Made by a program: the position numbers and the translations under genes
The notes under the pieces: generated by a model
Seen by the model: the letters and a program-made list of their open reading frames with translations, nothing else
What the model was told of the DNA's origin: nothing
Databases searched by the model: none
NCBI RefSeq assembly: GCF_009834535.1
Contig: NC_045707.1
Location: forward strand, 54,252,001 to 54,316,000
Length of the DNA: 64,000 nucleotides
Direction of reading: 5' to 3'
From: Camelus ferus
Lineage: Eukaryota
Shown here: positions 35,690 to 50,098 of the stretch, piece by piece
How positions within the stretch are numbered: position 1 is the stretch's first letter
How the letters are laid out: each line of letters begins with the position of its first letter

Positions 35690-36315
35690 ATGTTTTTTGA
35701 TAAAAGAGTTCCTTTAAGTATTTCTCCTTTAAAGTGAGAAAAGTGTGAAGCTTTCTCAGTAGAGGGTACCGAAGAGGTACTGCCGGGGGAAGAGGCTTTG
35801 CAATTTCTGGCCTAGGTGGGGGTGGCGGCTTTGGCCTCTGGGTTTGAGAACCTCTGATCCAGCCTGTCTGAGCCACAGGCCTAGAACAAAATCCATCTGC
35901 AACCTTGCAGCTTTGACCCAGACATCACCGGTGTGCTCTCTCCACAGGGAAACCAAAGCTGCCCGCCTCCTGCCCTTTTCCAGTCCACTCTCACTGTGTG
36001 CTTGTGCTGCCTGTTGCTCATGACCTTCCTTTACTCCAGAGAGTCACCTACTGTTTGCCCAGTAACTCAGACCAGCTTTGGTCTGGCTAAACCAAGGAAC
36101 TTCTCAGCTATTTGTTGGCCAAACCACACCTTCTCCAATGAGGTCTGAACTCCTTCCAAGTTTGTCTTCCTCAGGTGCTCTTCCTCAGCCCTAGGGTACT
36201 ATATAGAGTTTCCTTATATTTTATAGCTGCTCCTTTAGTACAGATAATACTTCAAATTTCCCTGTTTAACCTACTGTATGATAGCTATCTCCTGATTGGA
36301 CCCAGAATGTCACAG
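35690..36315 (+). mobile_element. Probable old LTR fragment (ERVL-type)
   Basis: GC-richer block in AT-rich DNA, ending ..TTTCCCTGTTTAACCTACTG..TCTCCTGATTGGACCCAGAATGTCACA, which resembles ancient LTR U5 ends. Confidence 0.5.
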
Positions 36316-37554
36316 TATATATTTATGTAGATTATAAACTCCAGGAAGGCCAGACTTTCCTCTGTGTGATGCAGTAGGCCTTCAAGGAACATGTCATAAA
36401 CATGTTTGAATGAACAAATGACAGGACTGGTTTCATGTAGGCTAGATCCATGGGAACTTGCATCTTGTGACTGGGCTGTTTGAAAGACTCACCAGGAAGG
36501 AAATCCTTACCATTTAGATAGATTGTGCTAGTTAATGATAATGGTACCAGGATTTTGAGCAGGTCAGATACTCTTAGAAGCTTCAGATACTGCTGAATGT
36601 CTACCAAACAGTAAATATTTCACCCTCCTCCTTTGTCAGTACCGCCTGCCTCCCAGTATGGAACATGAAAGTGTCCAATATTTACTTTTCTAGTTCTTAT
36701 GCAGTGAGAGGACGGTCATACTCATTCATTCATTCATCTATTAATTCACTCATTAAATATATATCAAAGAGCCACTCGCCAGGGAGTTGGTCTAGGTATC
36801 TAGGATAGTTCATGAAATTCCCTGCCCTTCTGGTACATACACACTGGCAGGGGAGGAGAATAAACAAGAAATATAAAAAATTAGTACCACATTGTTGTGG
36901 CTGACAGAATCTGAAAGAAAGTCTGTTTAGATTTTCCTCGCTGATAGAGGCTAAGTCCTTGCTAAGTCCTTCAAAATTCCATCTTCATGCTGATTGAATT
37001 CCATCATAGAATGTTATTTATAATATACTACAGCCTTTCTTTAATATCTTAACCATTTATTAGTATAAATCTCATATATACAGTTTGAAGAGAAGGCCAT
37101 AAAATGTTAATGGAAATGTTTTCCCTTGTTCTAGAGAAGACAATATCCATTAAGAAATAAGGTGATATGAATGTATGATACAGGAGAAAAGCAACAATGG
37201 CTGATAAATACATTTATCTTCTAAATTTAAGTGCTTACTATGTGCTAGGCACATATTCATCTTTGTACTTAAAATATCATAATTTATAATAGTGTCTTTT
37301 TGTTCCATCTTTAAATTGAGACAGACAGAAGCAAAAACTTATGATGCAAACAAGCTGTACAGGAAACAGTTGGTACCTTTCCTTTACACAAGGACTCAGA
37401 AGACCCAGATTTGAGTCTTTCTGCCTCCTTAACTCTGGACAATTTATTTATAAAATTAAATTCTAAATCCCACCTATTCTGAAGTAAGTCTCAGGCAATA
37501 ACTGGCAACGAACACCCTTCTGAGCTTTTCTTTTCATCTTTTTCTTTTCTTTTT

Positions 37555-38560
37555 TCCCCATTTTTATTTTTTTTTTTTTCAGAGCAGTTTCAGGTTCACA
37601 GAAAAACAGGGAAAGGCATAGAGCTTTCCCATATCCCTCTTGCCCCTGCACATGCACAGCCTCCCTCATTATCAACACCCTCCCCAGAGAGGTTCCTTTG
37701 TTACAATTGATGAAAATAAGTTGACAAAGTTTAATCACCCAAAGTCCATAGTTTACAATACAGTTTACTCCTGGTGTTTGGTTCTGTACATTTTGTGGGT
37801 CTGGAAAAATGTATGATGAATGATATGTATTCATCATTTTAGTATTATTACACAGAGTATTTTCACTGCTTAAAAATCCTGTGCTCAACCTATTCATCTT
37901 CCACCCCCACCCCCAACAACCACTGTCATTTTTACTGTTTCCAGAGTTTTGCCTTTACAAGACTATCAGTCACATAGTTGGAATCACACAGTATGTAGCC
38001 TTTTTAGGTTGACGTTTTCCCACTTAGTAATATGCATTTAAGTTTCCTTCATATCTTTTCATGGCTTGGTAGCTCATTTCTTTTTAGCTCTGAGTAATAT
38101 TCTATTACCTGGATGTACTACAGATTATTTAGCAGCAATTCAGCCACTAAAGGACATCTTCGTTTATTCCAAATTTTGGCAATTATGAATAAAGCTGCTA
38201 TAAACGTCCATGTACAGGTTTTTGTATTGACGTAAGTTTTCAGTTCCTTTGGGTAAATACCAAGGAGCACAACTGCCGGGTCATATGGTAAGAAAACGTT
38301 TAATTTTGTAAGAAACTAAGTGGCTCTGCCAGTTTGCATTTCTACCAGCAATGAATAGAGTTCCTGTTGATCCACATCCTTGCTAGCATCTGGTATTGTC
38401 AGTGTTCTAAATTTTGGTCATTCTAATAGGTGCATAGTCGTATCTCATTTTAATTTGCACTGCCCTTTATAGTAAGTATTGAAGTGGGTGTGCTGGTTTT
38501 CCAACTTTGTTCTTCTCGTTCGATGCTCTGTTGGCTATTCTAAGTCTTGTACCTCTCCAT
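37555..38560 (-). mobile_element. Old LINE-1 3' end (L1MB/L1MC-like)
   Basis: Poly-T followed by CAGAGCAGTTTCAGGTTCACAG.. and characteristic antisense L1 3'UTR/ORF2 motifs (CACTTAGTAATATGCAT, AATAAAGCTGCTATAAAC, TGGGTAAATACCAAGGAG). Confidence 0.8.
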
Positions 38561-41500
38561 CCCTGTACTTTCTTACCAACTTGCATAGTGCTGTGCTTAT
38601 TGTAGGCACGTGACTGCTTGCACCCATGTTGCACCCATGATGTGGTTTATGTAACGACCCACAGATACATGCAGTACTAATTAATCTTACGTTTACTCAG
38701 TGAAGGCTTATAAATACATGCTATGTGAATATACTGCAGTTACATACAAATTAGATATCCATATATTTGTATTTGTACATATATACATACAGACATACAC
38801 AAATATACATGCTAACAATTCTTAATTTGCATATTTTAAATTATGTTAATATAATGCACTTAGTAAATCTGGAGTAAACTTTATTGGACATCTTTGAAAT
38901 CTATTTTTGCTTTAGTCTCTCAATCTCCATAGACTCTTGGGTACTGACATCTAGTAAACCACGTATTTCACTTTGCACTTTTATAAGATAAGAGCTGTAA
39001 AATTACTTGTCAATATATTGGAGGCATGGTATAATGTTAGATTGAGTCAGAATGTCTTTCTTCAGCTTATTTTGGGCTTTCTAAAACAATAAGTTATTTT
39101 TAGAAATCCTCATTAGTTACTATCAGTCCGATTTCTCTACTTACTTTCAACCTTATGTGAAATGAGGTTTCATTTGAAATCTAACTTTATTTTACATTAA
39201 TTCAGTATGTGGAACCTCTGGTCCAGACAGATTCCTCAATGTTCCATAAACATATATTTATATTTTACCCTTTTCTCTTATTTAGATGTTTTTTTCTTCC
39301 ATTATTTTTCTTTACTTAAATCTCAAATGTCGTTCTAAGTACAAATCAAGTATATTTCACTCCAACAACATTAGTTGCTTTACTTCTGAAAAATAATTTT
39401 TCCACATTCAGAAAATTCAGTACCGTATTAAAAGGGCTTACATTTTATGAGAATTCAGACATGCTCAAAGAAGAATCTGATTTCATGCTGACTATGCACT
39501 ATTACAGAGGTACGTGAATTCTTAATCCCTGGCTAACTTTGAAAATGAAGTATGAAGTACAGAGATGATGTGAAGAAGGCAAATGGAAGCCTGAATTAGG
39601 TATATAGTGAGCAATGATCAGTCAATAAATGGCTCTTGAATGAATGAATAAATAAGAACTAGATTATGTTCTATTCTTATTAACTACGCTACACATTTTA
39701 GCACATGGAAACATAGACGGCAATACGGTGCTGGGTTCGGAATAAGAAAAGGTGAATTCAAGTTGCTGCTTTCCCTTGCTAAGTTTTTTGTGCCAAAGGC
39801 AAGTTAAATAAACTCTCCAAGTCTCATTTATATTAGCTATCAAAGAAAAATAATCATTATAAATAAGAAAAGATAATTGAAAGAAATTGGTTAAGCTATA
39901 AATTGCTAGGGTAATAGAATTGTTATTATTGTAATGTATCCTTTATTTTAAGTATTAAATAGAAAATTAATTGAGAAAATCAAAACTATTTAAGGAAATC
40001 AAATATTTTGTCTAAATACTGTCTAAATGAGGCAGTTTCTTGGCATAGTCATTTTATAAATGGCACATTGCTTAAAAAGAATATGACCTCTTTCATTTCT
40101 ATTCAAATCATAAGATAGAATAGAAAATTAGGCAGCAGGAGACTGCCTTGGCTTCCTCTAAGAGAACAATAAGACCTAAAAGGAAATGGATAGAAAACTT
40201 AGGATAATTCTCCAAGAAAAGACAGTATTGCTTGAGACAGGTGGCAGGCTGTAAGTACGTTGGTTCTGTTATTATTTGGCACACAGAAAAGGAAGACTCT
40301 GAGGTTGTTTAGAATTATGCAACAGTAACAAAACATACAACAATAACAAACAATATAAACAATAAGGACTATTCTTTAAACCCTTACTTATGGCTGGGCA
40401 ATATATCACATACTTTACCTTTATTTTTTCTTATTTCTTCTTAAAACTCTATGAGATAGACATTATATTCGCGTTTTACAGATAGTAAACTCATTCTTAG
40501 AGGTGAAGTAATTTACCCGATATCACACAATTTACATGTGATGGTGGCATGGGGATTTTAAGCCTGAATTTATCTGATTCTAAAGAATACATGTTATAAA
40601 TATCATATCAACATTGAAAGCAAAATATCTAGCAAAGTTCAAAGGCTGAAAGAGTTGTACAGCTGCAGTCTATAAACTACTCTTTAGATCTGGCTTGCAA
40701 AACTAAAAGAAATATTTTGGCTTTAATAAGGTGACAAGATTTTGAGAGAGAGAAAGCTGAAGGAAAAAGAGCTTTCAAAATACCAAGGCTAGAAGTGGTT
40801 GGCCCAAGGTCAAGGAGGCCTAGGACCCAAGGACTTTGACAGTTAGAACATTTCTATGGATAATAGGCTATGTCAAGTTTTTTTAGTCAAGTAACTACCA
40901 AAACTAAATTTCTTTTAAGCTGAGCTAGTTAGCCCATGTGACTCACCTCAACTGATTCTTCTTTTACAGGTATGTGTAAGTGGCCATTATAAAAAATATT
41001 TACTAAACACTAACTTTGTGCCAGATATTGTTCTAAATATGCTGCATGTGATCCTAAAACAACTCTACAACGTAGCTATCAGTCCCATTTTAAGGATGAG
41101 GAAATTAAGTCACGATACAAAATCTAGCAAATTGATATCACAGCTCACACTCTTTACCATTATATTACGTGGATGTTATACTAAACTAGTACCAACAATA
41201 ATTTGGGTAAGTAGAATTTATTCATACTCATTCTGTTATTTAATAAAAACTCTATTTTTCTAAACTGGCTTAGCTTAAATTGTCGCTTAGTGAACAGATT
41301 TAGTGATTAGTAATGTTTGCAATAATGTCATTTATTGACAACTAATTGAAATTACAGTGAGAATAGCCTAAGTTTCCTAGAGAATAGCCTACAGTTTCCT
41401 AGAGAAAGTGTTGAGAAATGAACTCTTTATAATGATCTTCTATACTCTCAGATCTATGATTCAATGTTACAGAGTGAAAGATGAAACTTGAGCATTTCAA

Positions 41501-43032
41501 GATAGTTGCTGACTTACTGAGTTATTTATTTTTTAACACTCAGATGGTACATTATGAACAGAAGCTTTGCTATTCTGTAAAGCAACAGGGCCATTTTTGC
41601 TTTTGTTTTTATTTTATTTGGTTTGTTTCTTTTTACCTACACTGCTCCAAAGTGATATCATATGAGTTTGAAGTATGCAATGCTTAAAATGGATACGGCA
41701 TTATTCATTACTATGTATGGCACAGATTGATTCTTTCTGAAATGTAATCTACATATTGAAAGTTGTTGTAATTAACATATTATGTTGATGTAGAAAATTT
41801 ATATTAGAGGAATAATTTTACTTAAGTGAATGAACCTAAAATATTTCTTAACCATATTGATTTCAGCAACCTTTCATGACCAGATTCTATAATCAAGTAA
41901 GGAAAATTCAAGTACTCTAAGAACTTTAAAGCCTGGGAAATATTTTTAAATTTAGACACATTAAAAGTATAATTTTAAAACAAAATTAAAATTTATCAAA
42001 ATGAACTTGCATATATTAAGGGATTTAAATGACTGGAATCTAATAATGCCAGGCACCTGGATGAAAAGTGAAGTCAGAGAACCATTTTGAAGTTTTCATT
42101 TATCTGAAGAACACCCCATGGATTGCTGAATTTTTCACATTAAATCAAATACTGACTTTGTGTGTGTATAACTATAATATCAATGAGTAAGAAATCTTTT
42201 TCAAGAATAACTGATACTTAAAATGAAGTATAAGTTAATGTGTGGACTTTTGATTTTCTTTATACTTTGGGGAAATTAACAAAATATGATATTACATAAA
42301 ACATCTTTTATATTAATATATCATAACACTTCAGAAGATATTTCAAAATCTCTAGGGTGTAATTTAAGTGAAGAATTTGAAAAAAATTAGGCTATATTAC
42401 TTCTAAATACCCTAAGATATAGACATTTTTTAATGTTTACATTCTTTTCAGAGTTAATAACTGCAATGCAATTCCTGTTGAAACCATGATATATAGAATT
42501 ATATTACCAAATCAAAGGTAATAGATGTGACAAGCTTACAAATGTAAAAAGTCATCATTAATAAATACAAACTGTCATCTATTCAGTGGAAATAGTTTTT
42601 AAGAGCACGGTTTGACAGTATAATGTTATTATCTAAAATCTGCTGTTTCTAAAAGTTTCTTTCAAAACCTAACTTTACCCACAGTATTTATTAAATCAAT
42701 GACAAAAGGCCAAAATCCACTACTTTGATATATAAATCCAACTTTTTACAATTAGCCTCAACAAATTCTTTTAGAGGGAAATGATCAAAGAATTCAGTAT
42801 AACCCGTGGGGGGTTGGGAGAGTAGACCACTGAGTCACAGAATACGATTAAAATAAAAACCTATGCTGTTAATTTTAGAAATAATTTAATTCTGTTTATA
42901 GCAAAAGAAGACATTTAATGAAAGAGAAAATTCAAATGCATATTTTTGGGCAGTTCTGGTTGCTGGCATCCTACCCCTTATCTGTAAAAGAATGCTTGCT
43001 GGCATTAGGTTCCATCAATTCATTTGTGATTT

Positions 43033-43185
43033 CTAAATTAATTCTGAAGGAAACCACAACTTACTTGAAGATCCTGCTGAGCGTCTGTGTGCCTGATTTT
43101 TTTTTTCTTTCTTCACAGACAAAGCACTTCCACTGGTCATGGAAAAAAGGTCTAAATCCGTGTCTTCTCTGCTTACAAGTCTTGC
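43033..43185 (-). CDS. LRRIQ1: LRRIQ1 proximal terminal coding exon (with an internal donor at 43065)
   Basis: Acceptor TCTCTCCCATTGCTCCCAG|GCA. Reads ARLVSREDTDLDLFSMTSGSALSVKKEKKNQAHRRSAGSSSKLWFPSELI*, matching my recall of the annotated human LRRIQ1 C-terminus. ATTAAA (42919-42914) and AATAAA (42692-42687) follow on the minus strand. Confidence 0.9.
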   Translation of the reverse strand, partial: ARLVSREDTDLDLFSMTSGSALSVKKEKKNQAHRRSAGSSSKLWFPSELI

Positions 43186-44449
43186 CTGGGAGCAATGGGA
43201 GAGAATGTATACAATCATGAAACAAAATATGGCATTTTCTGAATGCTGCTCACATTACCCCAAATAAACAAACAGGCTCTGTCAAACAACCTTCTTCAAA
43301 ATGATACCACAATCCTTTACTGCTGCCCAGGCAGAACAAATGCACTATGTCAAAGCATTTTTTGCAAATAAGAGCCGATTTTAAAATTGAGGTTTGCTAT
43401 TTGAGTCTGCACAACAAAAGAAAACATTTTAGTACAGTAATTTTGATGAAAATCAATCTTAAAGGCAACTGATGAAACTTTAAATCGCTTAACATCACTT
43501 AATTTACCAAGGATATTATTTAATTCTTAGTTGAATGTTAGAAAGGTCACATTAGATTATTTTCTGCAATATTTATATTTTACCACTTATAAAATTCCCT
43601 GAAATGCCTTTCATCCCATATTTATATATTAAAAAAGTCACAAAAGATCTCTACCTTCTCATTAAGGTTATTATTAATATAAAAATACTATACATTAAGC
43701 CTAATTTGGGAGTAAGGATAAATACAGAGAAATTTCAAGATATTTTATTTTAAGGACATAAGTATTAGGTAATTTATTTCATCTAAAATTATTCTCTGAA
43801 CTTTTATTACTACCCGGGACTGAACTGAAGAGTTGAAAGATCATCACTTCTTGCTTATAAAATATTGTTTTACATAATGTCTAATATCATTAAGTAAGGA
43901 TTTCTTAGGATTCAACCCTGAGGTGGGAGAAAATGCTATGATGGAAAGCAAAGCAGCCTCAGAGTAGCTGGGAGTTCACCCAAAGCACACTATGCTTGCA
44001 ATCCCGTGAGAAAGTATTGTCCTTAATGTCCTCCTACGATCAGCTACAAAGACTCATGAAACCAGAATCTAACGATCACCATCCTCTTTCAAATTCACAT
44101 TTTTGTTTTTCTCTTTTACATCTCCCTCCCCACCTCCTTCCCACCCACTCGAATGAACTCCTTGTTAAGTAAGCAAGCTTGCTATTACTGAACTCAGAAT
44201 AGAAATGAAAACCTAGACATTTCATAAAGGGGCTCATTAAAGGTCCAGTAAAGCATCAGACACAACAAGTTCTTGCAAAAGTATTACAAATTATTATGAA
44301 AATTCCACATCATTGTTTGTACCACTTCTAGATATATGAGTGCTTTTAAAATATTTTTATTTCGGTTACAGAAAGGTGAGGTATACATAATAGATTACAG
44401 AGCTATAATTTATGGGTAATGAAATATATAGAACTTAAACATGAAGTTT

Positions 44450-47400
44450 AATCATTTTCAAAATTTTTATCCTGAAGCAATTTACAACTCCTATAGAAGC
44501 TGCAGAAATTGGTACTGAGAGTTCCCTGTTTACTCTTCATACAGCTTGTCCCAGTGATATGTGATATCTTATATAACCAAAGTACAATTAATAAAACTAG
44601 GAAATTGACATTGGTGCAATCCCATTACTAAACCACAGATCTTATTCATCAGTTTTCATATGCACTATTTTTTTGGTTTGTTTATGTTTCTATGACATTT
44701 TATCACATGTATAAATCCATGTAACTACCATCACAATCAGAATAGACAATTGTTCCCCCTTCCCAAAGAAACTCCTTTGCTCTCCCTTTAGAGTCATACT
44801 TTCTCCTCAACCTAATTGCTGGCAAGCACTAATATATTTCTTGTCACTATAATTGAACAATTTTGAGAATGTTATGTAAATGAAATAATATACTAAGTAC
44901 CCTTGTGAAATTGTCTTTTTTTTCACTCAGCATAATGCTCTTGAGATCCATCTAAGTCTTTGTGTGTATCGAAAGTTTGTTCTTATTTATTGCTTTTTAT
45001 TCATTTTCATTGTGTATTCATTGCATGTATGGACCATCATTTGTTTATTCTTTAACTCACTAAATGAGATTTGGGTTGTTTCCAGTTTTTGGCTATAAAG
45101 CCACTATGAACATTTATGTATAGGTTTTCGATTGAACTTAACTTCATTTCTCTAGGAAAAATGCTCAGAAGCAAAACTATTGAGTCAAACAAGTGTATGT
45201 TTAATTTTATTAGAAATTGACACTTTTTTTTCCCAGTGGCTGAACCATTCTCAGTAGCAATGTATGAGCGATCCAGTTGCTCCATATATTTGCCAGCACT
45301 TGGTATTGTCAGCATTTTATTTTAACCACTCCAATAGGTGTATCATGGTATTATATAGTAGCTTTAACAATCTCCCTAGTGATTAATGATTTTAACATCT
45401 TTTGATGTGCTTCTTTCTATCTGAATATTATCTTTAGTGATCTAGTAGTCAAGCCCTTTGCTCATTTTTAAATTCCACTGTTCAGTTCAATTATTTTTAC
45501 AAATGACTTCTACAATAGTTAATTTTATGTGTCAACCTGATCAGGCCACAGGGTGCCCAGATATTTGGTTAAATATTATTTCTGGGTGTACCCTGTGAGT
45601 GTGTTTCTGGATGAGATTTGCGTGTGAATCTGCAGACTGAGTACACCAGATTACCCTCCCCAGTGTGGCTGGCCATCTAATCCACTTAGGGCCTGAATAG
45701 AACAAAAAGGTAAAGGAAGAAAGAATTCGCTTTCTTGACATAGGTCTTCTCCTGTCTTTGGAACTCATACAATCGGCACTCCTGGTTCTCAGGTCTCAGA
45801 CTCTGAATGGAACTTACACTAGCAGCCCTCTGATTCTCAGGCCTTCACGATTTGGACTAGAACCTACATCACTAAGCTCTCCTGGGTCTGTAGCATGTAG
45901 GCAGCAGATCATGGGACTGCTCTGCCTCCATAATCAAATGAACCAATTCCTTATAATAAATATTTCCTTATACTAAACGAATAAATATATCTATAAAATC
46001 TGTATCTAATAAATCTCTATTTATAGATATATTAAATATATAACCATTTTAGTGCTGTGTAGTAGTATCTTGTTGTTTTAAATTAAAGTGTTTATTAACC
46101 ATTAAAATATCTTCCTTTGTGAAGTCTCTTAAATCTTTTGCCACTTTTTTATAACTTTTTTTATAATTTTTATAACTTTTTATAACTTTCCTGATTGCAG
46201 GAGGGTTGTGAGAGAGGGGAAACAAAGAGAGGAGAGGGAGAGGGAAAAGGAGAGAGAGAGGAAGAGAGAGAGGAAGAGAGAGAGAATTTTCCTCCCAGGA
46301 TGTGGTGTGACTTTTCATTTCTTCTCATTTTCTGAATGGTGTCTTTCTAAGTGCAAATGCTTTTAAATTTGATGAAGTACAATTTATCCATTTCTTTTTT
46401 GATGTTTGCTTTTTATTTTTCATCTGAGAAATCTTTGCCTGCTCCAGGTTTGTGAAAATACCATACTATATTTTCTTTGTGAAGTTTTGTAATTTGTGCC
46501 TTTACATTGAGGTCCATGATTCATCTCAAATTCATTTTTAAGTTAGATGTGAAGTAGGAGTCAAGATTCATTTTTTTTTTCCATGTAGCTATCCACTTGT
46601 CCAGCACCATTTGTTGAAATTTTCCATCTTTCAATTGCTTCAGTACCTTTAAGGAAATCAATTAACCTTTTAAGAATGGTATTCCTCTGGACTGTCTCTT
46701 CCTTTCCATTGCTTGTTCTTTCTTTGTGAACATAACATACAACCTTGATTACTGAGGTTTTAAAGGAAGTCTTGAAAATAGTGTGAGTCCTATTACTATT
46801 TTTTTCAATACATTTTAAAATTTGTCCACCTCTACTAAAAAGTTTTCTGAAAGTTTATTGAATTTATAGCTTATTTGGGAAGAACTGACATCTCACAATT
46901 TCAGTCTTCTTATCTATAAATATGGTATATCTCTTTGATTTTGTTTTTAAACAATATTTGATACTTATCATAGGGGCCCTGCACATCTTAATGTTAACAT
47001 TTGTTAAATATTTTGTATTTTAAAAATTGTGATGAATACAAATGTTTCTTAAGTTAAAATTTTCCAAAATTGTTGCTAATATATGATTATAATGCTAATT
47101 TATGTATGTGCATATTTATATTTATTATATATATATATTTATTATAAATATATATATATATACACACACACACGTATGTATCCTCCAAGAATGGGCTTGA
47201 AGAGTAACAGGGCATACAACGACCAACTTTAATAAACAATGACAGATTTCTTTCCAGAATGACTGTGCCAAGCTTCTGTTTTCACCAGTTGGACATCAGT
47301 GTCTCTACATTGTTGATAGCACTTTGCAATAACCAATTTTCTAATTTTTGCCATTCTGATGAATATAGTCGTATAACTTCTTATTTTTATTTTTTATTTC
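44450..47400 (-). mobile_element. Degenerate old LINE-1 (L1MC/MD-like), interrupted by an LTR and simple repeats
   Basis: Antisense L1 motifs (CACTCAGCATAATGCTCTTGAGATCCAT, TGTTTCCAGTTTTTGGCTAT, GTCCAGCACCATTTGTTGAA). ORFs 45052-45315 and 46049-46318 contain ORF2-like remnants (KNWKQPK; FTKEDI.MVNKH). Confidence 0.75.
45515..45965 (+). mobile_element. ERVL LTR (MLT2-like)
   Basis: GTTAATTTTATGTGTCAACCTGATCAGGCCACAGGGTGCCCAGATATTTGGTTAAA... through GCCTCCATAATCAAATGAACCAATTCCTTATAATAAAT matches my recall of the MLT2 consensus. Confidence 0.8.
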
Positions 47401-48907
47401 TTTGGTCCAACACTCTGCAAGATTCCTACTCTTGGCCTTCCATGATCTCAGTATCCTTTTAGCATAAATCCTTGATCCATTCCCCTGTCTTGACTCAAGA
47501 AAAAAATGTGCATTTCTGTTCTACTACCATTTACCTTGTTTTATGTTCAGCTATATGTCTTCAATATGGAAAAAATAAGCATTTATCATTGCTATGTATT
47601 TGTTGTACATTTGTATGTAGTATAATATGGTGGGATACGGAGGAAGGAAATTAATGTCAAAGCATTAGCCTCATAGAACCATTTTGATTAGTTATCTACC
47701 TAATTGGTTCTAATTCATTTTTAGAAGTATAATAATTAAATGTAATATCTCTTCCTTTATCCTGGTGTTCCTTGGCACTTGTATATTCCCCATTGGTGCT
47801 CAAAAGTGGCCGCTCAACAACCTGTACAAAAGTGTTACTCAGTAATATGTAGGATGTTAATAGCCTGAAGTACCAATTCTCCTAGGGTTATCTGCATGCC
47901 ACTCTATCAGAGGGGTCTCTATTAAAATGCAAGAAAATATTTGCTGAGTGATTATTTCAAATTTGTGCATATATCCTATAGATATTTTCATAAACATAGT
48001 AATTTTAGTTACTGCTCTAATTTTTCTCCTCTTTCAGGAAAACTCCTTGAATTAGTTATACATGAGGATGAACAATAGTAGTTTCCAATAGAAAGTACAT
48101 TATCTTTTTATACTAACTTCTATATGACAAGCTAAATTATAATCAGTTTTCTTGGTGAGTGTAGAATCTGAGCAAGAAGTATTGGTTGGCTGATATAAAT
48201 GAAAGGTGTCATAAAGTTAGGGTCACCTGATGCATCCATTTTCACCTGCCAAGGAGGCCACACACTTCTGTCATTGGCTAGGGTACCTTCTTCTCTCGAA
48301 ATTTCTGGAAACACATAGAAAATTTCTTGTGTTGAGGGGCTCTGTATTTCTAGACTCGACATTGGCCATCTTCCTTCTGTTACCATAGTCTTCTAACAGC
48401 ATATGGCACAACTGGCTTCTGCAGTGCATGTACAGTTATACTGTCTAGAGTCTACACTCTGGTCACCGTGCTTAGAGCTTAGTAGTTCAAGTTCCAATAA
48501 TTTATACTTTATTATTTAGGGTGGCTGAGTTCACAATTACTTGTTAATTTTTATCCTGTTTGATTATCTGAGGGTACTTTGCTGTTTTCTTCAAGTGTCC
48601 TACTCTTTTGAAGTATTCAAGAAAATAGTTTCATTCTCATCTAGAGTGTTTTTTTAAAAATATGGTAGCATGCTAATATTTAAAAATCTGCCCAATAGAA
48701 TTAATATTTTAAAGTAATATATTTTAACATTATATTACAAGTCAATTAAATATATTATTTTAATATATAACATTTTGAGATTAACCCCCAAAAGATATAG
48801 TTGGAATATTTTCATAATTTATGCTACTTATGGACATATTTTGAAGTGCTGTTTATGGAGTATGGGTGTCTATAACATTTTTCTGTAACTTTAAACACAT
48901 TTCTTAC

Positions 48908-48968
48908 CACAAGCTGAACTCTTCCACCATTAAGTACATCTGGATCTAACTCAGGCAAGAAGTGATTG
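48908..48968 (-). CDS. LRRIQ1: LRRIQ1 penultimate coding exon (61 nt)
   Basis: CAG|C AAT CAC TTC TTG CCT GAG TTA GAT CCA GAT GTA CTT AAT GGT GGA AGA GTT CAG CTT GTG|GTAAGA encodes (C)NHFLPELDPDVLNGGRVQLV. Phases 2 and 0 fit both neighbouring exons. Confidence 0.9.
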
Positions 48969-50098
48969 CTGCATAGTGACAAAAACAGAAATCATATTAT
49001 TACAGAAATGTAGAGGAAGAATATGAAAGACATGCCAAATGAAAAGTCTGAGAGAAATCAGTAACTATAAATATTTTATTACATGTACTTATATATCTCA
49101 CTTATGGGAAAGGCTAAGCTTCCTATTTTAAAATAGCTTTAGTGTGTTTAATGCACTATACTAATGCTCACAATTAACTTCTGTTTACAATTAGAACACT
49201 AATATAGGGCTTTTCAAAAACTTGTTTTTCTTAAAAATTATTACTTATTAAGTATTCCTTTATATATTATGTTTTCAAAACAGAAAAATCCATCAATAAT
49301 TGCCTACTGCATTACATGTTTAAATATAACTTATTTAGGAGTAAAGGATATTTTAAATGCTTAAGCATGTCTAAAATACATCCTGAAACATTTTGCTTAT
49401 ATATTTCATTATCTCTACAGATACTTTAAAATCTCTGAAACAGACTTTTTATATCTGGTTAATATACATGGTAATAAGCTATGAGTTATATTATGTTTGT
49501 TTATAGTTCTAGGAATGTCATCTTATGAATTACACTAAATTGATTATTACCAACAAAATAATTATGTTTGCATTACATAAAATACTTAGCAAAATAAATA
49601 ATTCTCAAATGTTAATCACTTTATTCCTACTTTCTTTGATCACAATGAAATAGGACATAATAACCTAGATTATGAAATATTATTTTAATTTCACTTTCAT
49701 TCTTCATTTTTTTCCCATATATTTAAAGAAATTACATGGATAGAATTGATCACATATGAAGATTTCAATTATTATTAAAAAAAAGTTTCTTTTTTACACA
49801 TTATAACTTGCTGCTAAGTTAAGTTTTAACCCTCGTAATTGTTGGATTTGTTTGTCACTAATTTAAATAGTTATTACCCACAATGCCTGGAAACATTTCC
49901 AAAGTGTCATCTACATATAGATTCAATATTGGTTTATCAATTTAATAAATGCTTATAGTAGCACATTTAAAAAAACTGTTTTGTGGATATACATAGCTAA
50001 AATTAAAGTCTTAAAAATTTATATCAAAAATATTATCTCTTGATTTTTATTTCCTTAAAACTTTGATTCAATGGTTAAACACATATATGCTTTATGTT

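Noticed and set aside
41359..41406. Short direct repeats (GAGAATAGCCTA(C)AGTTTCCTA x2; similar duplications near 21541, 27141, 36950 and 63774) as a CRISPR-like array
   Set aside because: Only two adjacent copies with no spacers; ordinary slippage duplications in a mammalian genome.
48132..48386. 84-aa minus-strand ORF just downstream of the 61-nt LRRIQ1 exon
   Set aside because: No similarity that I recognise, weak splice signals, and the flanking exons already join in frame without it.
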